This document shows, in pieces, positions 62,972-64,000 of a stretch of 64,000 nt of DNA. The DNA comes from Mytilus edulis (taxonomy: Eukaryota): contig NC_092354.1 in assembly GCF_963676685.1 (NCBI RefSeq), positions 8,494,001-8,558,000 of the forward strand, given 5' to 3'. A model generated the notes under the pieces. That model searched no databases and was not told the DNA's origin. It saw nothing but the letters and a program-made list of their open reading frames with translations. Made by a program: the position numbers and the translations under genes. Position 1 is the first letter of the stretch. The number at the start of each line of letters is the position of its first letter.

Positions 62972-63130
62972 CGCACATTTTCTTTAAATTTTGAAACTGA
63001 TATAACTTGAAAAACAAACAGTATTATTTATTTACTCACATGAAACAAACCGGGGTTTGGTATTCAGTACGTAGGAGAAACTGGACGATATTTATCTAAA
63101 CGCACTCAAGAACATCTGTATGGTTTTAAT
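62972..63130 (+). pseudogene. GIY-YIG endonuclease fragment with two in-frame UGA (putative selenocysteine) codons
   Basis: RTFSLNFETDIT-U-KTNSIIYLLT-U-NKPGFGIQYVGETGRYLSKRTQEHLY, with TGA at 63008-63010 and 63041-63043. Confidence 0.85.
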
Positions 63131-63197
63131 CTTTGCATCGGAACTAAACACATTTATTCTAAAAACAGTTGTTGGCATGACACGGTTTATGTTCTTC

Positions 63198-63264
63198 TCA
63201 TATATGTTATGATGGTATGTTACTAAACCCCTAACGGGAAGGATTGTGCCTGATGTTCATATGA
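63198..63264 (+). promoter_or_regulatory. SECIS element, second copy
   Basis: Same fold as 25233-25299 with one extra helix II mismatch; core and AAA intact. Confidence 0.8.
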
Positions 63265-63459
63265 TGAAATCATAATCTTTTAGTCAGTTTAATTGAAGTC
63301 TGGAGCTGGTATGTCAGTTAACTGCTAGTAGTCTGTTTTTATTTATGTATTATTGTCATTTTGTTTATTTTCTTTGGTTACATCTTCTGACATCAGACTC
63401 GGACTTCTCTTGAACTGAATTTTAATGTGCGTATTGTTATGTGTTTACTTTTCTACATT

Positions 63460-63550
63460 GGTTAGAGTTATAGGGGGAGGGTTGAGATCTCACAAACATG
63501 TTTAACCCCGCCGCATTTTTGCGCCTGTCCCAAGTCAGGAGCCTCTGGCC
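63460..63550 (+). ncRNA. Twister ribozyme (P5-type), second copy
   Basis: Core identical to 25495-25585 with one P5 mismatch; predicted cut between 63503 and 63504. Confidence 0.78.
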
Positions 63551-64000
63551 TTTGTTAGTCTTGTATTATTTTAATTTTAGTTTCTTGTGTACAATTTGGA
63601 AATTAGTATGGCGTTCATTATCACTGGACTAGTATATATTTGTTTAGGGGCCAGCTGAAGGACGCCTCCGGGTGCGGGAATTTCTCGCTACATTGAAGAC
63701 CTGTTGGTGACCCTCTGCTGTTGTTTTTTATTTGGTCGGGTTGTTGTCTCTTTGACACATTCCCCATTTTCATTCTCAATTTTACTACTTGATTAAGGGA
63801 CTGATTCCTTGTTGACTGCTTCTAGCAGTCCCAATGTCTCGTATGAGTGATGTGAATTCCAAATTAAAACCAGTGTTTTAGAAACACGTTTTTAAACCAA
63901 TCCTCTCCCAGCTGATCATCCATCCATGCTTCTGGATCGAAACGCCACTTGGCGTATTCTGGTCCTTTATGCATATTGTATGATCTTTGGTAATGCGGTG

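Larger units (their letters stand above)
62972..63785 (+). mobile_element. Internally deleted Penelope-like (Naiad-type) copy: GIY-YIG fragment joined to the 3' end
   Basis: 63130-63785 is near-identical to 25166-25819; 62972-63130 encodes a GIY-YIG motif. Confidence 0.88.
62840..64000 (-). pseudogene. pogo/Fot1-like (DDE_1) transposase remnant interrupted by the Penelope copy
   Basis: 63800-63965 reads AWMDDQLGEDWFKNVFLKH...SHHS.ETLGLLEA; 62850-62970 reads QAYEKAFTRVTIVAGLKSTGIHHWNTLAIPKETF. Confidence 0.7.

Overview
AT-rich, intron-containing animal DNA, most likely a bivalve such as Mytilus (inferred from Meta- and Nin-type SINEs and recurrent repeats; not verifiable here). I see no intact host gene: the window is mainly decayed and nested transposons (Tc1, Sola1/Sola2-like, Harbinger/ISL2EU, piggyBac, pogo-like, an RTE-X-like LINE, about 9 copies of one SINE, MITEs, satellites), plus a decayed Polinton/Maverick-like segment with a protein-primed PolB remnant and small spliced genes. 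The most notable signal is a Penelope-like (Naiad-type) retroelement family present twice (23946-25820 and 62972-63785). (i) Its GIY-YIG endonuclease fragment, missed by the ORF track, has in-frame TGA codons at conserved Cys positions. (ii) Its 3' UTR holds a type II SECIS-shaped hairpin, so it likely encodes a selenoprotein. (iii) About 200 nt further on lies a circularly permuted (P5-type) twister ribozyme fold with stem covariation among related repeats. Other Penelope-associated repeats carry minimal type I hammerheads (one intact at 29621-29664). A sibling Penelope family has, at the equivalent 3' position, a multi-stem RNA that I cannot assign to a known class (21563-21657), a candidate new ribozyme. 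All structures were folded by eye and need computational and experimental confirmation.
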